Of a DNA stretch of 64,000 nt, positions 1 to 11,360 are shown one piece after another (the stretch's first letter is position 1; every line of letters begins with the position of its first letter). A program made the position numbers and the translations under genes. The notes beneath the pieces were generated by a model, which was given only the letters and a program-made list of their open reading frames with translations, had not been told where the DNA came from and searched no databases. Origin of the DNA: Obrimoposthia wandeli (Eukaryota); contig CDROCS010006113.1 of the NCBI GenBank assembly GCA_977020255.1, positions 124,001-188,000 on the forward strand. Reading direction: 5' to 3'.

Positions 1-1569
1 GGGTGTAAGTCTTCAAGACTATAATGAGGCCCGTAATTTTGGGATAATGATTGTCGAAATCTTCTAGATTATATGCTTTATTAGATGAAGTTAGACATTT
101 ATCTTTTAGCTGATGTTTTTGAGTCCTTTCGTGAAATATCTTTAGCAAAAGATGGGCTAGATCCCATGCATTTCTTTAGTTTACCTGGTCTTTCATGGGC
201 AACATCAATAAAAACTCTTAAAATTAATATCGAGTTACTGCAAGATCCCGCGATGTATCAAATGTATGATTATGGTATACGCGGTGGAATGACTTTTGTC
301 AACAAACATCATGTTGTCAAAAATCAATCCACAGAGATTCTGTACATCGACATTAATAATTTGTATGGGTGGGCGCTTACTCAACCTCTACCTCATGTCA
401 ACTTTAAGTGGGTTTATGACAAGGAAGAGTTGAATAAGTTGATGACAGATTTGGCTACTGTTGATACAGTTTCATCCGACGTCGGCTATTTGGTTGAGGT
501 GGACATAAAAATCCCTCCCAATGTGCATGATAAATTAGATGATCTTCCAGTAGCGCCTGTTCATCAATGCCCACCTAATTCAAAGGTTTAGAAATTATTG
601 TTAACACATGAAGACAAGTTGAATTATGTGGTGCATTGGTGGCTTCTTCAATTCTACTTAAAGTTGGGAGCAAAAGTTACTCGAATTCATCATGCTATAA
701 GCTTCAGTCAAAACTTTGTGTTTAAAGATTATATTGAGAATAATTCTAGAAAATGTAATTTGGCCACTACCAAATTTGATCGAGATTTTTACAAGTTAAA
801 AAGTAATAGTCTCTTTGGAAAAACTGTAGAGGACTTGCGGAAACGTATTTGTCTACGGTTTTGCAATGATGAGCGAAAACTAATAACATATATTAGCAAG
901 TACAACTTTAAGCGTAGTTTTACAATAGCAGATGACTTGGTAGCAGTGTTATTAGGAAAACAGAGTATTTGTCTCGATCGACCAAGTTATATAGGTCAAA
1001 GGGTTTCAGACATTTCTAAACTCAGAATGTACGAGCTGCAATACATAGAATAAGAGAAATATCGACAAGAATTCAATTGTGAGATCAAAATCGCAGCTGG
1101 GGACACTGACTCTTTCTTTTTAGAACGTAGGAATGTAAGTTTAGATAGTCCATTATTACCGGCAATGTTTAGGGACAACTTACTTGATATCCATAAATAT
1201 ACCATTAACCATTCTCTACACTCTATGAGTTTAAAGGATATTATCGGGAAATTTAAGGATGAAAGCGACGGTTAGTTTTCGTATGATGATTGTATTTTCT
1301 TCCGCTCTAAATGCTACAGTTTACATGCATCTAATAATACATGTTCAATGAGAGCAAAGGGTGTGGGAAGAAACAATCTTACACATGAGGCATACCGGAA
1401 AGTGTATGATACTGGGTGTATTGAAAGCATTGAGCAAACTAGATTTATTTCAAGAGCCCATCAACTGTATTCCAATAAATCAACCAAAATCGCTTTGAGT
1501 AGTAATGACGACAAGCGCTTTTGGGTAGAAAAGAACGCTAGCCTGGCTTATGGACACTTCCGAATTTAA
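1..1569 (+). pseudogene. Protein-primed family B DNA polymerase (pPolB), C-terminal part with stops/frameshifts
   Basis: Motifs across ORFs 85-591, 598-1053 and 1348-1569: LLADVFE, GIRGG, YIDINNLYG, KLKSNSLFGK, GDTDS, GKFKDE, RSKCYS, DDKR. Confidence 0.95.
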
Positions 1570-1747
1570 ACGGTTTTCATTTTTTGTTTTTTTTTGTTTA
1601 GTTTTTTAAGATTTTAGATCCCTATGGCTCCTTGACTCTAACTTTTTGTTATTTCAATACTTTTTTAGGTTGGGCCTTATCTTTGATGACAGATCTCGTT
1701 GTGATATTGTTTTTAATAAATATATTAAAAAAATTTGTCTTATGTGA

Positions 1748-3240
1748 CATATTTTTATTCTAGCATATTCTAATCTCTCTTTGTTACTTTGTTAATGGTA
1801 CCTTTACCTTTTTTGCAACTGATATTCTCATCGGAACTAACTGTATTAAATACATCAAAATTGGGATATAGTTCTACAAATTTGAATTTCTTCAGTTCAA
1901 TGTTGAAAAATTGATCGTTTTTCTTTAATTATACTTTTACGACTGATTTTTTCAATTACCATTTCGTTCATCCAAATCTCCATGATGATCAATTAAACTT
2001 CCAATTCTTAGATATCTTTTGTATACACATTATAATTTATTGTACGTATATTTTGAGAGATTCTGTATAAATATGCCATTTAAAAATTATGAAATGATTT
2101 TCATCGGATAAATTTTACGTGTACTTTCTTTTCACCTCTTTGTTCTGCATCCTGGACTCACATTTTTTCACCACCATCAGTACAATTGTTTAATATTGCA
2201 GCTGATGCTCTACAGCACCTTCGTAAGCAAACAACAAGATCAACAGCAACAGAAGCCTGCCTCAAGTGACCAGGCTAATGGTGCCACACTGTCATCATCC
2301 AGCAGCAACCCTTGCTTGAGAGATCGAAACTCCAGCATGGATAGAAGTGCTGCCGCACGACGGGGCGCTTCTGCTCGCTCCGATGACGTCAGCAGCAAGG
2401 CATGCAGCATCATGTGATGTCACTGATGCAAAATGTAGCTTCAGGTCACCTCAACTACTCACCATTTCACATTCCAAAAGTTTTCAGTGTTCACTATGTT
2501 TGTTTGCTATATTACTCATTTAATTCATATGAAAACATTTGCAAAAACGGAGATTAAAATATCATCAGTTGTTCTACTCACTGTAAAAAGTAAGCATGAT
2601 ATTAACGTTTTATGCACTCGCTTTATTTAATTGTTACATTGTTTATTTTGTGGAAATGAAGTCAAAGAAATACTTTTATGGTCAAGATTTCATAAATTGA
2701 AAGTATGAAACAAAAACTTCTAAAAGTAATTAGTTAAATAATTTTTCAAAATAAGTTTTTTATTAACTGAAGAAAATCTCTAGTAGTTTTGATCATTAGG
2801 AAATATATTCTCACACGAAACTGCTTTTAAATGTGATATTTATACTTCTATTTGTTTCAAATGATTGACTATTTTCTTTGCGTTTGTTATATTTTATATT
2901 GTAGAAAATGTTTGAAAAAAATGAAATCAGTCTAATAGTGCTGTTTGCTTTTTTTAAAGATAAAATATCGTATTGCTACATTACGTTCTTATTTAATTAT
3001 GAAAAAATTATTGATTTTTCAAGAAATTTCAACTTTTATTTTGATTAATTAATAAAAGTCAAATTTGCTTTTAACAATTATTAATTAGTCATCTAAATAC
3101 ATTGACTTTAAAAATGATTGATTTTGACTAATTTGATCATACTGTATCAATTTAGAAACTGCACTATTACATTTTTTCAGATATTGATATGATTTTGTTA
3201 ATTATTGAAAAAGTCTGAAACATTCCTTAACTTAAAAGAC
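1748..3240. repeat. 1.49-kb inverted copy of 9759-11252 inserted between pPolB and the capsid gene
   Basis: Near-identical reverse complement of 9759-11252 with only a few substitutions/indels; the same 73-aa ORF appears at 2196 (+) and 10582 (-). Confidence 0.95.
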
Positions 3241-3261
3241 ATAAGTTATGTCTTTTATTAT

Positions 3262-4080
3262 TTTACCCTTATTAAAGCTGCATTGAACTTAATTTCTAGT
3301 CGTAAATTTCCATCCTTTAGTAGTTGGCATTGGTTTATATCAAAGTCTGGTGCCAAACCAAATGTAAAGAAGTACTTTTAAACTCAGTGAAAGAAATACC
3401 ATTGTTTATATTTTTATCTAGTTGACCCAAATTCCGAATAATAGATTGGGTATAAGCCAAAGCATAAGCGTCACCTTTGAAATCTGTTTTATATGTTTCG
3501 CGATAATCAGTATTTCTTGAAAGTGTCACTGAACCTACACTAAGATTGTCAAATTGAGTTGCATCTGTCGTATAATTTCCTAGAAACTTTGCAGTTTTTT
3601 GAAAAGAAATTAAAATGAATTTCGGTAATCTTACATTACCAAAAATTTGATCCTTATTAAATGCTTGTGTACCCGTACCTAAAGAGTTGGATATAAGTTT
3701 AGTTTCTCTAATAGGATAACAAGCATTGTTTTTTTCCATTCCTATATTATGTGCCATTAAAACTGATTGCTCGGTTTAAACTCTTCGGACATACAATTTT
3801 GCATCCAAAATATCAAGTCTAGGTTTTAGAACGTCTGTGCTTATCAAAGAAAAATTCCATTTATTACGTTTCAAACAAAGATGTACATTAACACCGGGAA
3901 TTAAATATTTCGGTTGTTCAAAGAAATTCAATCTCATAGACCCACATATTTCGTAAGCTTTAGATTTTTTAATTCATACTTTGCGAGTTGCAGCCGTTTT
4001 AATGGTATTTTGATTAGTATTTTAGTATTAGTATCAGTACTATAATTCAATAGACTTTCAATCAAAGCTTGTTTTTTCAT
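3262..4080 (-). pseudogene. Polinton major capsid protein (double jelly-roll) relic, N- and C-terminally truncated
   Basis: Translation QALIESLLNYS...RLNFFEQPKYLIPGVNVHLCLKRN...DAKLYVRRV...DQIFGNVRLPKFILISF...GNLRLEIKF matches the Polinton/adintovirus MCP pattern as recalled; in-frame stops present. Confidence 0.8.
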
Positions 4081-4089
4081 GATTAAATT

Positions 4090-4266
4090 ATTTTGTAAAA
4101 TAAATATGTGAGTTTTTTCTGATAGTAATTGGAGAATAATAAAAAGAAAATTCTGTTAAAGCCGCTTTATAGGATTTTCCCAATCGATAATAAAGCTACT
4201 AGCGTCATTATCTGGTTGAGTCTTCGGGCATCCGTTACTAGGTAAAACTATATACATTGACTTCAT
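4090..4266 (-). pseudogene. Minor capsid (penton-like) protein N-terminus, truncated by deletion
   Basis: MKSMYIVLPSNGCPKTQPDNDASSFIIDWENPI..AALTEFSF resembles the Polinton penton start (Y.TLPSN...N..S.F...EVAL.E). Its ATG overlaps the integrase TGA (ATGA, 4263-4266). Confidence 0.65.
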
Positions 4267-4895
4267 ATTATATTAGATGCTGATATCCAAGTTGGGTCTG
4301 AATAACCATGCCATTTAACAAAGTATTGTTTATGTTCACCGGCACCCTTAGATTTTAATATTTTTGAATGCGGAAAACGCTAGGTTTATTTGATATTACT
4401 TGTAGTTCTTGCTCGTAAAATTTACTGTGAACGATATTATTGTCAGCATCTTTAATAGTATACATTATTGGATTACTATTTTGATCAATTTTACTTATAC
4501 AAAATATTTCATGGCTCCAATTCTGATCAAAGATTTTAATAAATGGAGTAGAGCTAATTTTAGAAATTCGAACATATTCGTTTTTCTTATATTTAGCTTT
4601 TTTAATATTTTTTTATTATTCCTGTCCATCCAAATATCCATATAGTTTTTATTAGTAATATCAACAGGTTTCATTCCCTTGAGACCTCTATGTTCAGAGT
4701 GATTATATGCATGTATTATTTTAGGTAAAACTTGGATACATTTTTTATTTCCTTCTTTTGTGAAATACATTTTTATTCGATCTCTTAAAGTACGATTAAA
4801 TCTTTCTACTACTGCTGCTTTGTACTGTGAAAACACTGAGTAGTGATTTATATTATTTTGTTTAAATAATGAATGAACTTGCTTATTATAAAATT
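4263..4895 (-). pseudogene. Polinton retroviral-like integrase, C-terminal half with chromodomain-like tail
   Basis: AAVVERFNRTLRD, AYNHSEHRGL, then after a frameshift YVRISK...NWSHEIF...FYEQELQ...VFRIQKILKSKGAGEHKQYFVKWHGYS. Confidence 0.92.
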
Positions 4896-5043
4896 TTACT
4901 CGACACAAAACTATATTATTCAAAACTTCCAATAAATCATCTACAACAAAAGATGGAAATGCTTTAAGAATAATCATTCTCTTATGAAAAGAGGCTTTGA
5001 CCAAAGCTTTAAAATAGGGTATGCTTCTATGTATTTTCTTCAT
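4896..5043 (-). pseudogene. Small Polinton ORF (MKKIHRSIPYFKAL...) fused in frame to the integrase by a deletion
   Basis: The first ~50 aa of ORF 4495-5043 do not match the integrase N-terminus of copy 3; identity to copy 3 resumes at aattttataataagc (~4895). Confidence 0.6.
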
Positions 5044-5169
5044 TTTAACTTTTATTTTTAAATACTGATTTGATTAATTTATTCACTTCTTTATTCTTAA
5101 TGATTCTTTTTTTGATTTATTAGCCTTTGCTTTACGTTTTACTATCAACTTCTTAAAAGGCATTGCACA

Positions 5170-5817
5170 TTTATTTTTATAATTGTTCTCTATTTGTTTA
5201 TAAACAGTTACTCCCTTAGAATTAAATATGTATGTTAAAACACGTAAATCATCTGGGCAAGCTTGTGTAAAGTCAATAAATATATACCCATGTGCTTGTT
5301 TAGCAGCATCATGGAATGAATCAACTAGAAAGTTCTTATTTTGGGAAAATGCCTGTCTGGCCACAAAATCTACAACTGTTTGATCTCTAGGATTTTTAAA
5401 TAAAACTAAGTAATGTACATTAAGATTTCTTGTTCTACGCTGACCTCCTTGGTGAAAAAGATTTTGAGTGATAAATATAACTGTTACTTCACGATGTCTT
5501 GCAATCTTTGTAAATAAATTATTAAATTCCGATTCCTTGTTAGCTTCCTGATACAAATCATCAATTATTATTACATCTTCTTTTTTCTATCTTTCACACC
5601 AATTTGAATCAAATCCTTCAATAAATTGTATTCCCTTCAACTTGCAAACTTCTGTTTTGGTTAATCCGCTTTCCCCTCCTCCATAATTATGCCAATAAAC
5701 ATTTTTGAAACTAGAATTGAAAAGAGATTCATTTTGCAACAATTTACATACGAAATGTGTCTTTCCACTTCCACTGGGACCAACTATTTGAAATACAGCA
5801 TTATTATTTAGCTCCAT
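5170..5817 (-). pseudogene. A32/FtsK-like DNA packaging ATPase (disrupted)
   Basis: Walker A GPSGSGKT, Walker B IIIDD, IARHR and ITQN motifs, FKNPRD; split by a stop/frameshift near 5587. Confidence 0.92.
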
Positions 5818-5854
5818 TACATATACTCTTTCATTTTTAATATTGTTTATATTA

Positions 5855-6136
5855 TCATAGAAGTTTCCTTATTGAAATGTACAATTTTAGAGCTATTGTA
5901 GATGAAATACAAAAATTAATTAATGAATATTTGGCTATAATTTTATTTATTTGTGTACGATTTCTAAATTCTCGAATAACGTGTGATCTAACCAATATTT
6001 CAATGTTATCTCTTGTTATATCATTATTTTTTAATTCTGATAAAATTTGTTTACCCCTAATTTTTCCAAAAAATATTTTGTCGAAAAGACGATCCACTTC
6101 ATTGTCGGTATATATAGTATTATTAATTTGAAACAA
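5855..6136 (-). CDS. Unknown ~90-aa Polinton ORF between TBP-like and ATPase genes
   Basis: Open in copy 1; homologue at 62392-62664 carries one internal stop; no recognisable motif. Confidence 0.55.
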   Translation of the reverse strand: MFQINNTIYTDNEVDRLFDKIFFGKIRGKQILSELKNNDITRDNIEILVRSHVIREFRNRTQINKIIAKYSLINFCISSTIALKLYISIRKLL

Positions 6137-6155
6137 TAGGTTTAAACGGGTTAGT

Positions 6156-6658
6156 TTATAGAAAAGATAACAAGATGTAATAATATATATTTTCTAAAAT
6201 CAAATCAACAATGTCTTGATAATCAAAATTTTTTAATCTCAATATCATAACTTTACCACTGGAAAATATATTTACACATAAAATATGTAGACTTCAAATA
6301 ACTGAGAGCAGGAAAAATTTCTGGTTCAAACATGCATTCTTCTTTCATTTTCTCTGCAGTATTTAAAAAATTTATCTGTTTCCCAAGATTAGCCAAAATC
6401 GTGATTGATTGTATTGCAGTGTTTCGAATTCTAAATGGTAATTCAAACTCAAGCATAGGTATTTTGCATCCCATAACACGACAATTTCCTAAAATAATTT
6501 AATATGAAAATAAAATAAAAAAACTAACCTGCAGGAAAAATAACAACTGTGAAATTGTCAAATTTTATCAGATATTGTCTCGGCTTCCATTCATTGAATG
6601 GTAAGTACGAAACATCATCTTCTATTCTACCGTTATAATTTATATTTACGAGTTTCAT
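6156..6658 (-). pseudogene. Spliced TBP-like gene, copy 1 (exon 6529-6658, intron 6489-6528, exon 6156-6488; late frameshift)
   Basis: MKLVNI...TVVIFPA-G / GNCRVMG...FEPEIFPAL; 40-nt GT-AG intron; frameshift after YLK relative to copy 3. Confidence 0.85.
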
Positions 6659-6934
6659 TAGACTAAAATTGTATTCTTCAAAATCTTCTTTATATATGTC
6701 GAAACCTGCTTTTTTATTACATGTTTCTTGTAATTATCTTACAAACCTATTACAATTGGATGATATATTTCTTCCAAACAAATTTGATTTTTGATATGGA
6801 TTTAGTCCAATAAAATTCAATGCTTTAGTTATATTAACCAATGAGATTCATGTCTTTGTTAGAAATTAGTATAAAAGAATGCGCCATTGGAGAACAAATC
6901 ACAATAAATGCATTCATATCAAAGACAATTATCA

Positions 6935-7390
6935 ATGATGGACGATAGCCAACGGATATTAAGCGGTGACGAAGATAGAGAAATGTTTGAAGAATCGGAT
7001 AAGGATATGTATGAAGAAGTGAAATAATATTTCAAATACAAAGTCAGGTTCTTGAAGAAGGCTCAACTGATTGCTTTAGTAAATCCTGTAACAATTGAAA
7101 GAAGAAAGTTGAGCTATTATCTATCAAATATACAAAAACCAGATTTTCAATATCTTAAACAGAAAGTTGAAAAGACAGTTCCAAATTTTACTTTCAATAA
7201 GAACGAATTTTATATTCGAGAAGCCGATGCAGCATATCTAGATGACTATGGAAGAGAAATAGATGTTAATGCGTTTCCGAAAAAGAAGTAATGGACTGTA
7301 ACAATTCGACTTTATGGTTACAAGAAAGATGAAATGGGAACAAAGTTGCCTATGTTGAAAATTAAACGTGCTCATATTGCTATGTTTTAA
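6935..7390 (+). pseudogene. Polinton accessory ORF A (~150 aa, unknown; paralogue of ORF B)
   Basis: Two TAA stops (near 7024 and 7289) that are CAA in other copies; also present in copies 2 and 3. Confidence 0.7.
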
Positions 7391-7514
7391 CTTTTTTTTT
7401 CATTTTGCATGTAATAAATTGTATTCATTTTTACTTTGTTTCTTTCATTTGGCAATTAATAATCAGTTTTATTTTTTTTAATATTTGTATCTTATATGTA
7501 TTTTTTTATAAACG

Positions 7515-7950
7515 ATGCTTTTTAATCAGTTTCCTTATTTTAGAATGGATCCTCTTCTGAGATGTGTAGGAAATTTTTATTATCCAGAAATAATTTCAAA
7601 AGGAAAACTATGTAATATATTAAAGAGGCATCAAATCATACGAGTTATGAATCCTATGAAAATATCAAAATTGGCCAATAAATATTTCATCGAAATTTTA
7701 ACAACATCTGATATTGATCAATTGAAAAATATTTTGGGATTTTACATTCCTGATTATGTATATGAAGGAAATTGTTTCCAGTTTGAAACTGATCCCAGTC
7801 TGACTTTTAAAGATGATCTAGGATATTTGATTTCTCCAATTCTAGATGAAGAACTATGGAATATCTCAATACGTCTCAATGGATATTTTGCTGATGACAG
7901 GACTCTTTGAGACTCTTTGAACTTTGAGTGAAGCCAATATGGTGTTTTAT
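7515..7950 (+). CDS. Polinton accessory ORF B (~140 aa, unknown; paralogue of ORF A), C-terminus frameshifted
   Basis: 131-aa ORF; copies at ~19400-19817 and ~60640-61020; copy 3 gives the C-terminus IRLN.YFADDGEMQPLWTLSEANM. Confidence 0.7.
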
Positions 7951-8249
7951 GTTTATTAAATGTTTTGAAAATAATTTTGACTTGTATTTTGTTTTTTCTC
8001 CTCTAAATTATATAGATCTATTTTTTCTCTTATAAATCTGACCTAAATATTAAACATGTAATTTATTAATCTTTCTTAAAAATAGTAGTAATATATTCAT
8101 ATATTATTTGAAATCTCGTCTGCAATAAGCCACCGGGGCCAATATGGATTCCCTTGGTCTTCTCTAATCACTTTTGAGATTCGCAGTAAATTTCAAAGTA
8201 AAAAAAAAATTGTTGGGGACACCCCCTACTTCACCCTTTGGGTGTAATG

Positions 8250-8349
8250 GAGACACACATGCACGAAATTTCACTCCACACACATGCACGGTATTAAAGG
8301 ACAGTGGTATCCCCCCGGGGGTTGATTAAACCGGACACATCCACCTACT
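8250..8349. repeat. Terminal inverted repeat of Polinton copy 1 with subterminal GTGCATGTGTGTGGAGTGAAATTTC units
   Basis: Matches the ends at 19128, 21838 and 60172. Confidence 0.9.
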
Positions 8350-8559
8350 AAGTTATTTTTTCATTCTGTTTGTCATTTTTATATTATTTGTTTACCAGAA
8401 GATGTAATAAAAATACAAATTTACAAAAAATACAATCCTATTTTAACCCCAGATTAGTAAATGATTTTGGTGAAACTGAACTATCTTATGAATTTTGTTG
8501 AATAAATACTTAGGGTTAGCATGTAAAAATGTATTCTTTAATATACATTATCAGCTCGA

Positions 8560-9150
8560 AATTGTACTAAATTTGAATCATTTCTAACAAGTGTATTGCA
8601 TATAGCACAACTTTGAATGTCTCTTTGTAATGTTGAGTCAAGCAGGTGAAACTGTACAGACCATTCAAACATGAATTTACGACCCAAACTGGTAAACATT
8701 ATCGACGATTCTACAAATGTACAAATGAGCTGTTGTCATAGGATCGAGATTATACCGACTCGTGATTACAAAGACGAAAACTATCTACGATCTCTGTCAA
8801 ATATACTCGGAAATGATTCTGATAAGGAAGCAATTTAACATCGACCCAAATTCGATACCAGATCCTCATCAGGTAAACAGCGGTATATTTCAAGCAGTGT
8901 TACTTATCTGTGAAATTCTTTAAACAAGTAATTTGCTTGCAAATCAATGAGCTCCAACTGTAGTTCGCCTGACATGTCATGAAGAGTACCACCAAACAAA
9001 TTCTGAAACAAAAGAATGACGCTCTCAATTTTGTTGAGATCTGAAAATTTCTTCAAAAAATTCCTTTTCATGTCATGAATAATCTTTTTCGGAAACTCGA
9101 AATTCCAAAACAAATCTCTTTAAAACACTTCAAATGAAAAGTTTGAAGTT
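8560..9150 (-). mobile_element. hAT (SPIN/Buster-like) transposase C-terminal relic
   Basis: KKFSDLNKIESVILLFQNLF...ELQLELIDLQAN resembles the hAT C-terminal LQMELIDLQ motif. Confidence 0.55.
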
Positions 9151-9758
9151 CAAGCCATTCAAGTGAGATGGGGTAACTAATAGTTAACTAAAAATGACAA
9201 CTCTGACAGTCAGCCAGGTCCTGATAATACCGAAATATTTCCAATTATGTGATCGTTAAATTAAAACGCATTTTTACACAAACTGTTTTTCAACTACGAT
9301 TTCTTAAAAAGCACTTGCTGACAATTTTTAACCTAAGTTAAACGTATTTATTCAGTTAAATTTATTTATCCACCCCTGATCTAAAGGTTTAAAAAGAAGT
9401 AAATCGTAAAAATTTAATGAAACACCTTTAACTGCCCGAAAACCTTTTCAGTTTTCTTATTTACACCTATAATTATGATTTCAACAAAAATTGCCCAAAT
9501 GTGCTACTCAGCAAACAAAATATTTCAAATGAAAAATATTGAGCTAATTTTTTTCTTCGCAAAAACTGATATTTTAATTTACATTTTTTCTTTAATAAAA
9601 TAATTTAGTAAAATAAACAAATAGACGTATTTATTAAAATTTTGAATGTTGAAAAGTTCACAATTATTGTTTAAAGGCACACAACATTTAATAATAGAAA
9701 ATTCGAAAAAAAATTAAAAAAACATAGAAAAATATTCGTTATCACAACAAAAGTATCA

Positions 9759-11252
9759 GTCTTTTAAGTTAAGGAATGTTTCAGACTTTTTCAATAATTA
9801 ACAAAATCATATCAATATCTGAAAAAATGTAATAGTGCAGTTTCTAAATTGATACAGTATGATCAAATTAGTCAAAATCAATCATTTTTAAAGTCAATGT
9901 ATTTAGATGACTAATTAATAATTGTTAAAAGCAAATTTGACTTTTATTAATTAATCAAAATAAAAGTAGAAATTTCTTGAAAAATCAATAATTTTTTCAT
10001 AATTAAATAAGAACGTAATGTAGCAATACGATATTTTATCTTTAAAAAAAGCAAACAGCACTATTAGACTGATTTCATTTTTTTCAAACATTTTCTACAA
10101 TATAAAATATAACAAACACAAAGAAAATAGTCAATCATTTGAAACAAATAGAAGTATAAATATCACATTTAAAAGCAGTTTCGTGTGAGAATATATTTCC
10201 TAATGATCAAAACTACTAGAGATTTTCTTCAGTTAATAAAAAACTTATTTTGAAAAATTATTTAACTAATTACTTTTAGAAGTTTTTGTTTCATACTTTC
10301 AATTTATGAAATCTTGACCATAAAAGTATTTCTTTGACTTCATTTCCACAAAATAAACAATGTAACAATTAAATAAAGCGAGTGCATAAAACGTTAATAT
10401 CATGCTTACTTTTTACAGTGAGTAGAACAACTGATGATATTTTAATCTCCGTTTTTGCAAATGTTTTCATATGAATTAAATGAGTAATATAGCAAACAAA
10501 CATAGTGAACACTGAAAACTTTTGGAATGTGAAATGGTGAGTAGTTGAGGTGACCTGAAGCTACATTTTGCATCAGTGACATCACATGATGCTGCATGCC
10601 TTGCTGCTGACGTCATCGGAGCGAGCAGAAGCGCCCCGTCGTGCGGCAGCACTTCTATCCATGCTGGAGTTTCGATCTCTCAAGCAAGGGTTGCTGCTGG
10701 ATGATGACAGTGTGGCACCATTAGCCTGGTCACTTGAGGCAGGCTTCTGTTGCTGTTGATCTTGTTGTTTGCTTACGAAGGTGCTGTAGAGCATCAGCTG
10801 CAATATTAAACAATTGTACTGATGGTGGTGAAAAAATGTGAGTCCAGGATGCAGAACAAAGAGGTGAAAAGAAAGTACACGTAAAATTTATCCGATGAAA
10901 ATCATTTCATAATTTTTAAATGGCATATTTATACAGAATCTCTCAAAATATACGTACAATAAATTATAATGTGTATACAAAAGATATCTAAGAATTGGAA
11001 GTTTAATTGATCATCATGGAGATTTGGATGAACGAAATGGTAATTGAAAAAATCAGTCGTAAAAGTATAATTAAAGAAAAACGATCAATTTTTCAACATT
11101 GAACTGAAGAAATTCAAATTTGTAGAACTATATCCCAATTTTGATGTATTTAATACAGTTAGTTCCGATGAGAATATCAGTTGCAAAAAAGGTAAAAGCT
11201 ACCATTAACAAAGTAACAAAGAGAGATTAGAATATGCTAGAATAAAAATATG
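9759..11252. repeat. Probable source of the 1.49-kb inverted duplication (partner 1748-3240)
   Basis: Reverse complement of 1748-3240; its 3' end continues seamlessly into a Tc1/Tc3-like relic, whereas the other copy stops abruptly. Confidence 0.9.
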
Positions 11253-11360
11253 AAAATGTCGATTGCAAGGATGAAAGATGATTTAATTTGGATGGTACCG
11301 ACGGTTACAATTTTCAGCGGTATGGTTTGAGGAAGGATGGGGAAATATTTTCAAAAAACA
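10960..11360 (+). mobile_element. Tc1/Tc3-like transposase relic
   Basis: KLPLTK..KERLEYAR..ENV..DE..FNLDGTDGYNFQRYGLRKD resembles Tc3 SDEKKFNLDGPDG..YW.DLRK. Confidence 0.65.

Larger units (their letters stand above)
1..8349. mobile_element. Polinton/Maverick (adintovirus-like) family A, copy 1; degraded, internally deleted, other end outside window
   Basis: Contains pPolB, capsid, integrase and A32-like ATPase relics. Ends in ...CCGGACACATCCACCTACT at 8349, the reverse complement of the AGTAGGTGGATGTGTCCGG terminus seen at 19128 and 60172. Confidence 0.93.

Noticed and set aside
15-55. Similarity to the MITE-like sequence near 41980
   Set aside because: Positions 1-84 translate as pPolB (GVSLQDYNEARNF...), so the resemblance is coincidental.
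2196-2417. 73-aa Q/S-rich ORF (also 10582-10803)
   Set aside because: Starts at TTG, has no recognisable domain or splice context, and exists twice only because of the DNA duplication.
1748-11252. Segment between the inverted duplicates being an inversion or an assembly artefact
   Set aside because: Re-inverting 3241-9758 gives an implausible Polinton layout, and the two copies differ at several sites, arguing against a simple misassembly (not fully excluded without reads).
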